A program made the position numbers and the translations under genes. A stretch of 64,000 nucleotides of DNA from an uncultured delta proteobacterium. Its GTDB lineage: Bacteria; Myxococcota_A; Polyangia; Polyangiales; B10-G4. The stretch's first letter is position 1. Each line of letters opens with the position of its first letter. Positions 49,611 through 61,111 of this stretch are shown here, piece after piece. Under the pieces are notes generated by a model. That model worked only from the letters and a program-made list of their open reading frames with translations. It was not told the origin of the DNA and searched no databases. The stretch spans positions 672,001 through 736,000 of the forward strand of contig CAVSGI010000010.1 in NCBI GenBank assembly GCA_963727445.1. The letters are read 5' to 3'.

Positions 49611-50159
49611 TCAGCGGCGCCACTTGATCGAGCAGCCCATCGACGGAACGACGTCGAAGTCGACCGGGCGACCCTCGAGCGCCGCGTCGATCGCTGCGCG
49701 CAAGTCTCGGCGCTTCACCGCTGACGGGTGCTTCCAGTCGTCGTCGATGCGACCGTTGTAGACGAGCTTTCGATCGCGATCGAAGACGAAGGGATCGGGC
49801 GTGCACGCGGCGTGGTACGCCCGCGCGACGGCCTGCGTCTCGTCGTGGAGATAGGGAAAGGGAAAGCCCTTCTCCTCGGCGCGCTGCTTCATCGCCGGCA
49901 GTGAGTCGGCGGGGTAGCGCTCTGCGTCGTTGGCGTTGATGGCGACGAGCGCTGCCCGCCCTTCGTAGTCGCGCGCGATCTCGATCAGGCGATCTTCGCT
50001 GGCCACCGCGTAGGGGCAGTGATTGCAGGTGAAGACGACCACCAGGACGTCGGCGCCGAAGTCCTCGAGGGAGTGGGTCTCACCGTCCACGCCCGGAAGC
50101 GAAAAAGGCGGCGCCTTCGAGCCCAGCGGAAGGCCCGCAGATGATTGGGTCACGGCCAT
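49611..50159 (-). CDS. Thioredoxin-family (AhpC/TSA redoxin) protein
   Basis: AGGAGG RBS; FTCNHCPYA; AACTPD; YNGRIDD; GCSIKW. Confidence 0.93.
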   Translation of the reverse strand: MAVTQSSAGLPLGSKAPPFSLPGVDGETHSLEDFGADVLVVVFTCNHCPYAVASEDRLIEIARDYEGRAALVAINANDAERYPADSLPAMKQRAEEKGFPFPYLHDETQAVARAYHAACTPDPFVFDRDRKLVYNGRIDDDWKHPSAVKRRDLRAAIDAALEGRPVDFDVVPSMGCSIKWRR

Positions 50160-50196
50160 GACGGCCTCCTAAGGCGCACCCCGATGTATGTAAATC

Positions 50197-50214
50197 CCCA
50201 GAGATATCTCTGGG
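50197..50214. promoter_or_regulatory. Perfect 18-bp palindrome, candidate operator
   Basis: CCCAGAGATATCTCTGGG in the divergent intergenic region. Confidence 0.5.
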
Positions 50215-50310
50215 ACAGCGCCACCCAACGAAAGCCTGGCGTGGCGCGTCGAAAGCCGGTGCAGTCACGTGACGCAAGCGGGCTCTGAGGGTACGATCCC
50301 GCACGAAAGC

Positions 50311-51876
<1,566 letters not shown>

Positions 51877-53229
51877 ATGCTTCTTCGACATCTGACTTTC
51901 TTGGCGTTGGTCGCGACGACGACCGCGGCCACGACGGCCATCACCGCACCGGCGCGCGCTGACGACAACGCCGAAGCGCGCGTCTATTTCGAGCGTGGCA
52001 ACCGTGCGCTCACCCAGGGGATGAACGCGCGTGGCGCGCGGCGCACGCGGCTCATCGAGGAGGCGCTGGCCGCTTACGTCCAGAGCCTGTCGATCGTGCG
52101 GAGCCGCAATGTCGTCTACAACGCCGGCGTCGCCCTCGAAGCCCTGGGCCGCGACGAGGAGGCCTTCGTCTATTTTCGCGAGTACCTCGGGTACTCGGAT
52201 CTGAGCGACGAGGAGCGACGCGAGGCGACGCAGAAGCTCAACGCGATCCGCACCCGCGTGGCGGTGGTGATGGTGACCTCGACCCCCGAGGGCGCTGACG
52301 TGCGGATTGATCGGCGCGACCTCGCGCCGGTGGGTGAGACGCCCCTCGAGGTCGCGGTCGACGAGGGCGACCACACGATCTACGTGTCGGCCGAGGGCTA
52401 CACCGCGGGCGAGGCCCAGGTGCACGGCAACGCAGGTCAGCGCGAAAACGTCACCCTGACGCTCCGCGCTCAGCCCATCGCGCTCGTGATTCGCGCGCCC
52501 GGCGACGGTCCGCTCACCCTCAACGGCCAGGCGGTCGCCGCCAACACCGACATCCAGGTGATGCCCGGCGAGCACGAGATCCGCTACGGTAGCGCCGAGC
52601 CGATCCGCATCACGGTGCAGCCCGGCGAGGGGCGGCGCACGGTCGACGTGGAAGCGCCTCAGGTCACGGGCCCGACGGGCCCACCGGGGCTCTTGGCCGT
52701 GAGCGTGAACGTGCCCGCCACGGTGTTCGTGGACGATCAGATCGTGGAGACGGGTCGCGAGATCGAGGCGTCGGTCGCCTCTGGGCCGCGCCGCATTCGC
52801 GTCGAAGCGGCGGGCTACGCGACCGCCGCGCGGCAGGTCGAGGTCGAGGCCGACGGCCAGACGCACATCACCGTGAACCTCGAAGAAGACGTCACGGCTT
52901 CGAGCCGCTTCGGCAAGTGGCCCGGGGTCTTCCTCGCCGTCGGCGGCGTGGCGGGGATCGCCGCGGCGAGCCTCGGCATCTACGCGATCTTCGAGAACTC
53001 CTCGTGGGAGACGTACGACAAGACCGCCGCAGGCGCCGATCGCATCGACAACCTCAACCTCGCCGCCGACGTCACCTTCGGCGTCGCCGCCGCCCTCGCC
53101 GCGACCGGCTTGATCCTCGCCATCCTCAACCGCAGCGGAGAGCAGATCCCGTCGAGCATCGACATCGCCGCCGCCCCGATCCGCGGCGGGGGCATGCTCG
53201 TCGCGCAGGGCAGCTGGGGGGCCGAATGA
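51877..53229 (+). CDS. TPR + multi-PEGA protein
   Basis: Signal peptide, TPR (EARVYFERG..VVYNAG), PEGA domains (STPEGADVRID..GETP; VNVPATVFVD), hydrophobic hairpin, terminal beta-strand. Confidence 0.87.
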   Translation: MLLRHLTFLALVATTTAATTAITAPARADDNAEARVYFERGNRALTQGMNARGARRTRLIEEALAAYVQSLSIVRSRNVVYNAGVALEALGRDEEAFVYFREYLGYSDLSDEERREATQKLNAIRTRVAVVMVTSTPEGADVRIDRRDLAPVGETPLEVAVDEGDHTIYVSAEGYTAGEAQVHGNAGQRENVTLTLRAQPIALVIRAPGDGPLTLNGQAVAANTDIQVMPGEHEIRYGSAEPIRITVQPGEGRRTVDVEAPQVTGPTGPPGLLAVSVNVPATVFVDDQIVETGREIEASVASGPRRIRVEAAGYATAARQVEVEADGQTHITVNLEEDVTASSRFGKWPGVFLAVGGVAGIAAASLGIYAIFENSSWETYDKTAAGADRIDNLNLAADVTFGVAAALAATGLILAILNRSGEQIPSSIDIAAAPIRGGGMLVAQGSWGAE

Positions 53230-55280
53230 TGCCGCTCCGCCTCTTCATACTCTTCGCCCTCACCATCACGCTCGCCGGCTGCTCCATCATCAACAAGCCC
53301 AACCGCGACGCGATCGCCGGCGACGCCAGCATGGACGCGCCAGTGGACGGCGACGCCGGGACCGATGCCGATGCCGACGCCGACGCCGATACCGACGCCG
53401 GAGATGCGTGCGCCTCTCAAAACGAGGTCTGCGACGACTTCATCGACAACGACTGCAACGGCTTCGTCGACTGCGCCGATCCCTATTGCGCCTCGCGCAT
53501 GTTGTGCTGCCAAGGAGGCCTTCCCGACGCGCCGCCGTGGACAGGGGACGAGCTCGGCACCTACTGGAACGGCCTCCCCGCCGGCTCCGAGACGCTGACA
53601 CCCAACTACGACGATACGCTGAACCGCCTGACCGGGTTCGACGATGTGCAGGGGATCATCACGAAGCAATGCGTCCCCCTCGCCACCGGTTACCGCCTCC
53701 AAACCAACTTCCGGATGGAGTCCACCGAGTGCACGGGAGCCCCAGAGTGCTACGTGAGCCTGGTCTTCACACCCGCCCCCACGGTCCGCGCAGGGCTGCG
53801 TCTGCCCGACGACCTCGCGGTCACTGCGCATAGCGACGGTCGGCTCACCGTGACCAACGGCGGACGCGTGCTCGGCGAGGAAATGCTCGCGATGGTGGGG
53901 CGCACGACCTTCATCGTCGACATCACGGTGGGAAGCGACGGCGACACACCTTCCCTCCTGGCGACCGTTCGCTTGCAGTCCCAGGAGCCTTTCGTCGACG
54001 CCGAGCCGATCGCGCCGCTCGATTCGCTCCTCACGGATGGTGAGTGCGTCAACGTGGGAGGGCTGAATCTCGCCATCGAAGGCTCGGGCCAGCAGTTCAG
54101 CGTCGCCCCGTTGAGTCGCGGCCCGGTCGAGTGCATCAACGCGAGCAGCTTCCTCGAGCCGGATGCCACCTCGCGCGACGTACTCGCAGCGGAACCCGGA
54201 AATCTCCATTGGGGCAGCTGGGCGACCGGCGGCATCGGTTCGCCCGGGATCGCCTACCGTCCCCCCAAATGGTACGTGGTGGGCGACGCCACCGACCACG
54301 ACCGCGCGCTGGATGGTGCCTCCGCGGAGGTCGGCTTCGCGCTGGGCTTCGCCAACGCCACCGAGAGCGGTTGGAACTCGGACTGGACCGATGCGTCGAC
54401 CACCACCCCGAAGACCGGTTCTTGCTTCCCTTCATGTCTGGGGATGCCGCCCGTGGGTTGCTCCGACGCGTGCGACCTCGACAACAGCGTTCGGGACCCG
54501 TCTTTCGAACAGCTCTCCGTCGAGCTCGGCGGCGGCGCTCTGGCGACGGTCGCCTATTCGACCCGCGAGGCCGTCGATAGTTACAGCATCGTCGTGGAGG
54601 ATCGCTTCACCATCAACACCGGCGGTGATGTGCTCAGGACGGGCTCAATCCTCACGCCGGACGACGCGGAGCTCGACGACGACTGCCTATCGCTCCGCGA
54701 TCCCATGCTCGTCCGGCGTGATCGCAACGACACCATGGCGGGCTATTGGCTCTTCTTCAGCTGCTACGACGGGATCGACACCGCCGATATCCACGCGATC
54801 CAACTCGACAAGGACTTCTTCGTCGTCGCGGACACCCATCAAACCGTCGTCCGCCGAACCACGGAGGACTGGGCGGCGTCGTCCGTATGGTCGCCAGAGG
54901 TGATCGTCGAGCACGAGCCCGAGATACTCGCAGACATGTCGATGGGGCAGGGCCGAGACCTCTACCGGCTCTGGTTCATGGCGCGCAATCGCGACAACGA
55001 CGTCGTCAGCATCGGGCTCGTTCAGGCCCAGCTCGATCCCGACCAGCCCGAGGGCACGCTTCCCGAGTTCGTGCCCTTCGGGGCAAATCCGATCCTGAGC
55101 GAAGGCGACGCTGCGCTCCGGTGCGACTCGTCCGAGTGTCGGCTCCGCGGCTTCTCGGTCGTGCGCGAAGGGCTCACCCCCACGCTTCGCTTCCTGATCG
55201 CGCGCGAAGACGAGGGAAATCCCGTCGCGACCTGGCACTACGTTCCCTTCGAGCAGAGCTGGAAGTCTCCTTGGTACTGA
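53226..55280 (+). CDS. Lipoprotein, paralogue 1: Cys motif, lectin-like domain, five-bladed propeller
   Basis: ATGA overlap; LAGCSIINKP; EVCDDFIDNDCNGFVDCADPYC; blade motifs IGSPG, VRDPS, LRDPM, VWSPE. Confidence 0.78.
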   Translation: MMPLRLFILFALTITLAGCSIINKPNRDAIAGDASMDAPVDGDAGTDADADADADTDAGDACASQNEVCDDFIDNDCNGFVDCADPYCASRMLCCQGGLPDAPPWTGDELGTYWNGLPAGSETLTPNYDDTLNRLTGFDDVQGIITKQCVPLATGYRLQTNFRMESTECTGAPECYVSLVFTPAPTVRAGLRLPDDLAVTAHSDGRLTVTNGGRVLGEEMLAMVGRTTFIVDITVGSDGDTPSLLATVRLQSQEPFVDAEPIAPLDSLLTDGECVNVGGLNLAIEGSGQQFSVAPLSRGPVECINASSFLEPDATSRDVLAAEPGNLHWGSWATGGIGSPGIAYRPPKWYVVGDATDHDRALDGASAEVGFALGFANATESGWNSDWTDASTTTPKTGSCFPSCLGMPPVGCSDACDLDNSVRDPSFEQLSVELGGGALATVAYSTREAVDSYSIVVEDRFTINTGGDVLRTGSILTPDDAELDDDCLSLRDPMLVRRDRNDTMAGYWLFFSCYDGIDTADIHAIQLDKDFFVVADTHQTVVRRTTEDWAASSVWSPEVIVEHEPEILADMSMGQGRDLYRLWFMARNRDNDVVSIGLVQAQLDPDQPEGTLPEFVPFGANPILSEGDAALRCDSSECRLRGFSVVREGLTPTLRFLIAREDEGNPVATWHYVPFEQSWKSPWY

Positions 55281-57175
55281 AGGCGCGACACGTCGCGCTC
55301 GCCGCGCTTCTCCTCTCGGCGTGCAGCGCGGATGACGGGGCTGCGGGTGATACGGGCACCCCGCCACCTCGCGACGGTGCGGTCTTTGGCGACACCGGCA
55401 GCACCCGCCTCGACGCGTCGACATCCCCCACGGACTCCGGCTCTGGCGGAGGCGGCGGCGCGGGAGTGCCTCTCCCCGCTGGCCCTCCCTCTGCGCTCGC
55501 CGACGCCGCCGAGGATCCCGCCGGGTTCGTCGGGGACCCGAGCTCGTGCTGGGACGGGATGGACAACGACGGCAACCTCGAGAGCGACTGCGAGGATGCC
55601 TCGTGCCTAGGGGCACCCGCGTGTGGCCTGGGGAGCGGGACCCAGTGCGCCTCGGAGGCGACGACCTCCTTCGTCGCCTCGAGCTGTGGTGACGAGCCCG
55701 CCACGCCGACCTGCCTCGCCGCCTCTGTCACGCCCTTCGGCTCACCGGCCCCCTGGGTCGTCAGCGGCCGACTTCACCCCGGAGGGGACGACTACGACAG
55801 CGGCCTCGTGCTCGACGACGCTCTTTCCCCGCGAAGCCGCCGCGTCGTGATGACAGGCACCTTCGGCGCGCCCACCTGCCCGCCGGGCGTCTCTTCCTGT
55901 CTCGAGTACGCGGCCTTCGGTGTCTCCGAGACCCCGACCTTCGGGACCACGACCCGCGTGCACCCGACCGCCGCCCTGTTGCTGAGCCTCGCGCGCCACG
56001 AATTGGCCCTGGTCATCGGCGACGCCACCATCGAACGCTGGCCATTCGATGACGCGAGCCCCGAATGGACCCTGGACCTGCGCCCGACGGGCGAGGTCGT
56101 CGTGAGCAACGCAGGAATGATCCTCCGGCGCGCCCCCTACGCACCACCTGCAACCGCAGCAGCCATCATCTACGGCCGCAACATCAACCGCGCCGACGAC
56201 GAGCCCGGCGGCGCGGGGCTCGAGAGCTTCTCGATGAGCACCAGCCTCTGCGACATCCCGGACGCGTGGTCCTCGCGCGATCCGCTGACCGTGGTGGATC
56301 CGAGTGGCGAGCCCATCGACGTTTCCACGCTGCGCGCTCCGTCAGTGCGCCGCGGCGGCGACGGCGTCCTCTACCTGGCCCTCGAAGCCGCCGCCGCCAG
56401 CGGCCAGAGCCGCATCGTCGTCGCCGCCGAAGACGGGAGCGACACCCGCTTCGCGCTCCAGCATCCGTCGGATTCGCAAGTCCTGGCGGCCGCCGATACC
56501 TCCGCGGGCGTCACGCGTGTCGGCGACCCCGAGCTCTACTGGGATGACGCGACGAGCACCTGGCACCTCTTCTTCACGGGCGACTTCGGAGACGAGCAGC
56601 GGATCGGACACGCCAGCGGCGACAACCTCTCTTCGATGACGTTCACCGACTGGGTGGTCACGCCGTCGGGCAACGTTCGCGCCGTGGCGCAACCGAGCGT
56701 CGCGCGGAGCTACGATGAGCACTTCATCCTGGCCGCACGCACCAGCCACGACGATGGCGAGGCGCTCGCGATCTACGTCGCCACCGCCGCCGAAGGTCCC
56801 TACGAGGCCCATGCAGGAAGCCTCGCGATGGAAACCTTCCGGTCCGGCGGTGATCGGAGCGGCTTCGACGCGGACGAGGTGGGCGCGCCCTCGCTCCGGG
56901 TGGTGGGCTCCGCCTACCACCTCTACTTCGCCGGTCGCCATGGCACTCGTTGGGGCATCGGCGTCTGGACTTCCGCCGAGCTCGTATACTGGCGTCCCGT
57001 GACCAAAAGCAGAGCCCTCCTCCATGGCGACGGAAATGGCTTCGACGCGCTGGGCACACGCGATCCCGAAATTCTCGTCGAAGGGGAGGCAACCCGGCTT
57101 TTCTATCTGGGCGACGACGGAAACCTGACGGGTATGGGTGTGGCCAGCCGACCGAGCGACGAGCTTTCACCCTGA
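55271..57175 (+). CDS. Lipoprotein, paralogue 2 (GH32/43/130-like propeller)
   Basis: LLSAC; CWDGMDND; PFGSPAPWV..LHPGGD..DSG; RAPS, VGDPE, AQPS, FDADEVGAPS, TRDPE. Confidence 0.8.
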   Translation: MVLKARHVALAALLLSACSADDGAAGDTGTPPPRDGAVFGDTGSTRLDASTSPTDSGSGGGGGAGVPLPAGPPSALADAAEDPAGFVGDPSSCWDGMDNDGNLESDCEDASCLGAPACGLGSGTQCASEATTSFVASSCGDEPATPTCLAASVTPFGSPAPWVVSGRLHPGGDDYDSGLVLDDALSPRSRRVVMTGTFGAPTCPPGVSSCLEYAAFGVSETPTFGTTTRVHPTAALLLSLARHELALVIGDATIERWPFDDASPEWTLDLRPTGEVVVSNAGMILRRAPYAPPATAAAIIYGRNINRADDEPGGAGLESFSMSTSLCDIPDAWSSRDPLTVVDPSGEPIDVSTLRAPSVRRGGDGVLYLALEAAAASGQSRIVVAAEDGSDTRFALQHPSDSQVLAAADTSAGVTRVGDPELYWDDATSTWHLFFTGDFGDEQRIGHASGDNLSSMTFTDWVVTPSGNVRAVAQPSVARSYDEHFILAARTSHDDGEALAIYVATAAEGPYEAHAGSLAMETFRSGGDRSGFDADEVGAPSLRVVGSAYHLYFAGRHGTRWGIGVWTSAELVYWRPVTKSRALLHGDGNGFDALGTRDPEILVEGEATRLFYLGDDGNLTGMGVASRPSDELSP

Positions 57176-57211
57176 TTTCGCGAAGGTAAGTGCGAAACCC
57201 ACACGGCGCGT

Positions 57212-57227
57212 TGGCATGGGGTGTGTA
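57212..57227 (+). promoter_or_regulatory. Possible sigma54-type promoter inside the paralogue array
   Basis: TGGCATGGGGTGTGTA (GG-N10-GT), with an upstream TTTCGC-N10-GCGAAA inverted repeat. Confidence 0.35.
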
Positions 57228-57267
57228 AGGATCTCCCTACGGTGTGCCAGGCCGTGCCGGAGGACCT

Positions 57268-59178
57268 TTGAGCCGTATCGTGATCAGTATCGTCGCCGCA
57301 TGCGCTGCATTGGGTTGCAGCTATGACGGATCCTTTTTGGGACCCGCGACGCCGGGGGACGCCGAGGTCGGCGACGGTGGGATGTCCCGGGGCGCCACGA
57401 CCACCGACGGCATCCCGGCCGATGAAAGCATGACGGCGGGCCGCACCAGCGAAGACGTCTCCGACCCGAGTGGTGGAGCTTCCCCTTCCCCGGAGGCGGC
57501 GGCGTCGTGTTTCGATGGCGTCGACAACGACATGGCGTCGGCCGATGGATTCGATTGTGGTGATCCCGACTGCGCAGGGATCGCGAGCTGCGTCGTCGGC
57601 AACGGCAGCCTCTGCACCGCGATCTCCGACGACTCCCTCGCGATCACCGGCTGCGCCGAGCTCCCCGTGACGACGGATTGCATCGGAGGCGTGGCGGAGC
57701 CCTTCGGCTCGCCTAGTCCGTGGGTGGCGGACGGCGCGCTTCATCCCGGCGGGGACGACGCGGACAGCGGCATCATCTACGAGCAGGCCGTCGGACTTCG
57801 CTCGCATCGCCTGGCGCTCCGCGCGACCCTTCAGCAACCAACCTGCCTCGCCGGCGACCCCTGCCTCGACACGGTGGCGCTCGGCGTGACGGGTCAGCCG
57901 AAGGAGGACCTCGCCGCCGGCAATCGGGTTCACGCCCACGTCGCTCTCGCCTACAGCGCAGCGCGCAGCGCGATGAGCCTGCTCCTGTCGGACACCGTCG
58001 TGCAGCGCTGGCCGATCACCCCCTCCACGCCGGACAGCTGGACGCTCGTCCTCCGGCCCGACGGGCTTCTCGACGTGCTCAACGGCGACGACTCTCTACT
58101 CGGAACGGAGCTGATCCCGTGGGCCCCCATCGACGACGCGCGCGTGGTGGTCTTCGGGCGAAGCATGAATCGGGCGTATCCCAGCCCCGATGGTGCCGCC
58201 CTCACCGCGCTGGACGTGGGTGTCTCGGCTTGTGACATGCCGAGCGCATGGGAGGAGCGGGGGCCAGTGCAGGTCGGTGTGGCCGCCGGCGGATCCCCCC
58301 TCGCCCTGGACGATGCCGAGCAGGTCTCGGCCGTCGTCGGCGGCGTCGACGGGCGTCACTATCTTGTCTATCGCCAGGCGGGTGATGCGCCGGGTCAGAA
58401 CCGGTTCATGGCGGCCTTCGAGACGACGATCGGACCGAACGACTACCGGCGCGTCGCCGACGAGCCGATCCTCACGCCGGACGAGGTCTACGACGAAGGC
58501 GGGATCGCCGATCCCGAGCTCTTCTGGGATGGGGCTCAGTTCCACCTCTATTACACGGCCATCGAGGGGATCACGGAGACGCGGAGCATCGCGCATGCGA
58601 GTGGACCGGAGCTCACTTCCCTCGTCAAAGATCCTCTCCCACTGATCGCTCCCGCGGAGCACGGCTTCCAGCACCTCGAGATGCCGAGTCATGCCCGCTC
58701 GAGCGGAGGGGTCGACGTCCTCGTCGCGCGTGGGATCGGGCAGAGCAGCCACGAGTTGGTCGCTTTCGCCTATCTGGATGAGGTGTGGACGCGCGTGGTC
58801 GGGACCGATCCGACCAGCAGCCTCTCGGTCGTTTCCAAGCGCGAGCTGGACGTTCGGCTCCCCGGACGATTCGACGCTGACGAGATCGCACACCCCAGCA
58901 TCGTCCGGGTCGGAGGCGCCTTCCACATCTACTACGCCGGTCGCCATGGCACTCGCTGGGGCGTCGGCCTGCTCGCGACCGACGAGCTGCTCTACTTCCG
59001 CGACGTCACTGGAGGCGACGCGCTCCTCGCCGGGTCGGGCGAGGGGTTCGACGCGCTCAGCACCCTCGAGCCCGATGTGCTCGTCGAGGACACACAGGTA
59101 AGCCTCTTCTACGTCGGCACCGATGGGGCGTCTCGAACCGTCGGACGCGCCGCCCGAAGCCGGGGAAGCGCGGAATGA
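57268..59178 (+). CDS. Lipoprotein, paralogue 3 (GH32/43/130-like propeller)
   Basis: GGAGGA before TTG; ALGC; CFDGVDND; PFGSPSPWV..LHPGGD..DSG; IADPE, EMPS, FDADEIAHPS, TLEPD. Start uncertain (57244-57280). Confidence 0.8.
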   Translation: MSRIVISIVAACAALGCSYDGSFLGPATPGDAEVGDGGMSRGATTTDGIPADESMTAGRTSEDVSDPSGGASPSPEAAASCFDGVDNDMASADGFDCGDPDCAGIASCVVGNGSLCTAISDDSLAITGCAELPVTTDCIGGVAEPFGSPSPWVADGALHPGGDDADSGIIYEQAVGLRSHRLALRATLQQPTCLAGDPCLDTVALGVTGQPKEDLAAGNRVHAHVALAYSAARSAMSLLLSDTVVQRWPITPSTPDSWTLVLRPDGLLDVLNGDDSLLGTELIPWAPIDDARVVVFGRSMNRAYPSPDGAALTALDVGVSACDMPSAWEERGPVQVGVAAGGSPLALDDAEQVSAVVGGVDGRHYLVYRQAGDAPGQNRFMAAFETTIGPNDYRRVADEPILTPDEVYDEGGIADPELFWDGAQFHLYYTAIEGITETRSIAHASGPELTSLVKDPLPLIAPAEHGFQHLEMPSHARSSGGVDVLVARGIGQSSHELVAFAYLDEVWTRVVGTDPTSSLSVVSKRELDVRLPGRFDADEIAHPSIVRVGGAFHIYYAGRHGTRWGVGLLATDELLYFRDVTGGDALLAGSGEGFDALSTLEPDVLVEDTQVSLFYVGTDGASRTVGRAARSRGSAE

Positions 59179-61022
59179 GAGTCCTCCCTCCGGCTCTGAT
59201 GTGTCTCGCCCTCGTCGCGTGCGGTGACTTCGACTCGAGGAGCGGGGACGGCGACACACTCGACGGCGCCCTGATGGGCGTGGACGCCGGGACAGATGCA
59301 AACACCGGATCGACGCGGGACGGCGGCGCACCTGGCGACGCGGGCTCGGGTGAGGACAGCGACTACGTCCTGGCCCGAGACGGGATGGCTGCCGCTCCCG
59401 TATCGGTGGGAGGTCTGGACGCTTGCTACAGCGACGACGCCTGTGGCTCCTCGATGTGCGAAGGCGTCCGCAGCTGCTGCGTGGGAAGCGGCGCTTGCTG
59501 CGCGGCGACCGGCGCCGATCCTGCACCCTCCCTGCTCGTCTCGGCCACCTGCAGCGATTACGACCCGGCGGAGGACTGCCTCGGTCCGGGAATGAGCGGC
59601 TTCGGCTCGCCCCTTCCCTACGTCTTCGCTGGCGGACTGGTGCCCGGCGGCGATGAGCTCGGGGACAGCGGCTTGCTCGCCGACGATCCGATCGACCTCA
59701 CGGTCCACCACGCCGTCCTCACGGCGACGATTCGCACGGCGGCGGCGTGCGGCGCGGCTTGCATCGAAACCCTCGGCCTCGGCCTCACGGAGCAGAGCAG
59801 CGTCACCGAATCGGTGCATCCCATCGCCGCGCTGGTCTACAGCAGGTCGCGAAATCGCGTGACCCTCATGGTCGGCGAAGCGCAGCTCGCCGCCTGGTCC
59901 GACATCTCGGACGGAGAGCAGTGGTCGCTCGAGCTGCTGCCCTCTGGAACCGTCGATGTCCAGCGAGACGGATCTCTGCCGAACCCCGAGTTCGTTCCGG
60001 TCCCCTACCAGCCCTCCACCAGCGCGCGCCTCACCATCTACGGCCACACGGTCAACCCGAGCGCGATGGCGCCTAGTCGGCTCGAGGACGTGACCTTCGA
60101 CGTCTCGCTCTGCGACGTGCCCGACGCGTGGGCCAATCGCCAAGAGGTCCCCGTCACTCTCAGCGCGGGAGGTCAGCTGCTCTCCGTTCGCGCGCCTTCA
60201 CTGCTCCGCGGAACGCGGACTCTCCTCGTCTGGGAGCAGGCAGGTGAGATCTGGCTCGCCGAGGATTTGGGCAGCGGCTTCGTCGCACAGGATGGGCCGC
60301 TCCTCGTCGCCGACATGGACAAGGCGTGGATGAATGAAGCGGTGGGCGACCCGGACATCGTCGAACGGCCCGACGGCGGCGGTTATGCCGTCTTCTTCAC
60401 GGGCCACGAGTCGTCAGGACGCCCCACCATCGGCCGCCTCGATCTCGACGCGAGCCTCGAGCCCAGCCCCGTCAATCCCGTCACCCAGATCGCCACTGGC
60501 GCCGACGTCGACGGCGACGAGATCTCCCAGCCGACCGTGTGGCAGCACTCTGCCGATACCTGGATCCTCGTGGCACGGGCACGCGAGAACGAGACCACCC
60601 ACCTGCGCGTCCTTCGAAGCGACGACGCCGGACAGAATTGGAGTCGTCACCTCAGCACCGCGCTCGACACACTCACCGCGCGCACCGAGACGCGCAGCAC
60701 CAGCGGCTTCGACTCCGATGACCTCGGCCATCCCTCCCTCGTCGTCTACAACGGCGCCTGGCAGCTCTATTACACCGGCCAGCGCGGCACGCGCTCCGGG
60801 GTCGGGCTCCTGCTGTCGGACGATCTCGTCAACTGGCGTGCCTTCGATCCCAGCAAGGCCATCCTTCGACCTGGCGCCAGCGCCGATGAGCAGGTCGGCG
60901 TGCTCGGCGAGGACGTGGTGGTCGAGAGCTTCGGCCTGTCGATGGTCTACGTGGCGGACGACGGCTATCAGCAGCGGCTCTACAGCACCTCGCGGCGCGC
61001 GACCGACACGGGCACCTTCTAA
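59175..61022 (+). CDS. Lipoprotein, paralogue 4 (GH32/43/130-like propeller)
   Basis: ATGA overlap; LVAC; GFGSPLPYV..LVPGGD..DSG; RAPS, VGDPD, SQPT, FDSDDLGHPS. Confidence 0.8.
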   Translation: MRVLPPALMCLALVACGDFDSRSGDGDTLDGALMGVDAGTDANTGSTRDGGAPGDAGSGEDSDYVLARDGMAAAPVSVGGLDACYSDDACGSSMCEGVRSCCVGSGACCAATGADPAPSLLVSATCSDYDPAEDCLGPGMSGFGSPLPYVFAGGLVPGGDELGDSGLLADDPIDLTVHHAVLTATIRTAAACGAACIETLGLGLTEQSSVTESVHPIAALVYSRSRNRVTLMVGEAQLAAWSDISDGEQWSLELLPSGTVDVQRDGSLPNPEFVPVPYQPSTSARLTIYGHTVNPSAMAPSRLEDVTFDVSLCDVPDAWANRQEVPVTLSAGGQLLSVRAPSLLRGTRTLLVWEQAGEIWLAEDLGSGFVAQDGPLLVADMDKAWMNEAVGDPDIVERPDGGGYAVFFTGHESSGRPTIGRLDLDASLEPSPVNPVTQIATGADVDGDEISQPTVWQHSADTWILVARARENETTHLRVLRSDDAGQNWSRHLSTALDTLTARTETRSTSGFDSDDLGHPSLVVYNGAWQLYYTGQRGTRSGVGLLLSDDLVNWRAFDPSKAILRPGASADEQVGVLGEDVVVESFGLSMVYVADDGYQQRLYSTSRRATDTGTF

Positions 61023-61111
61023 CTCTGGCGCGTCGAGCGCTCGACCGCCGGGCGGCACTTCGCGCGGGGATTTTTCGAACCCGTCCCCCACCGGGGAGTA
61101 TGCTGGCGCGC

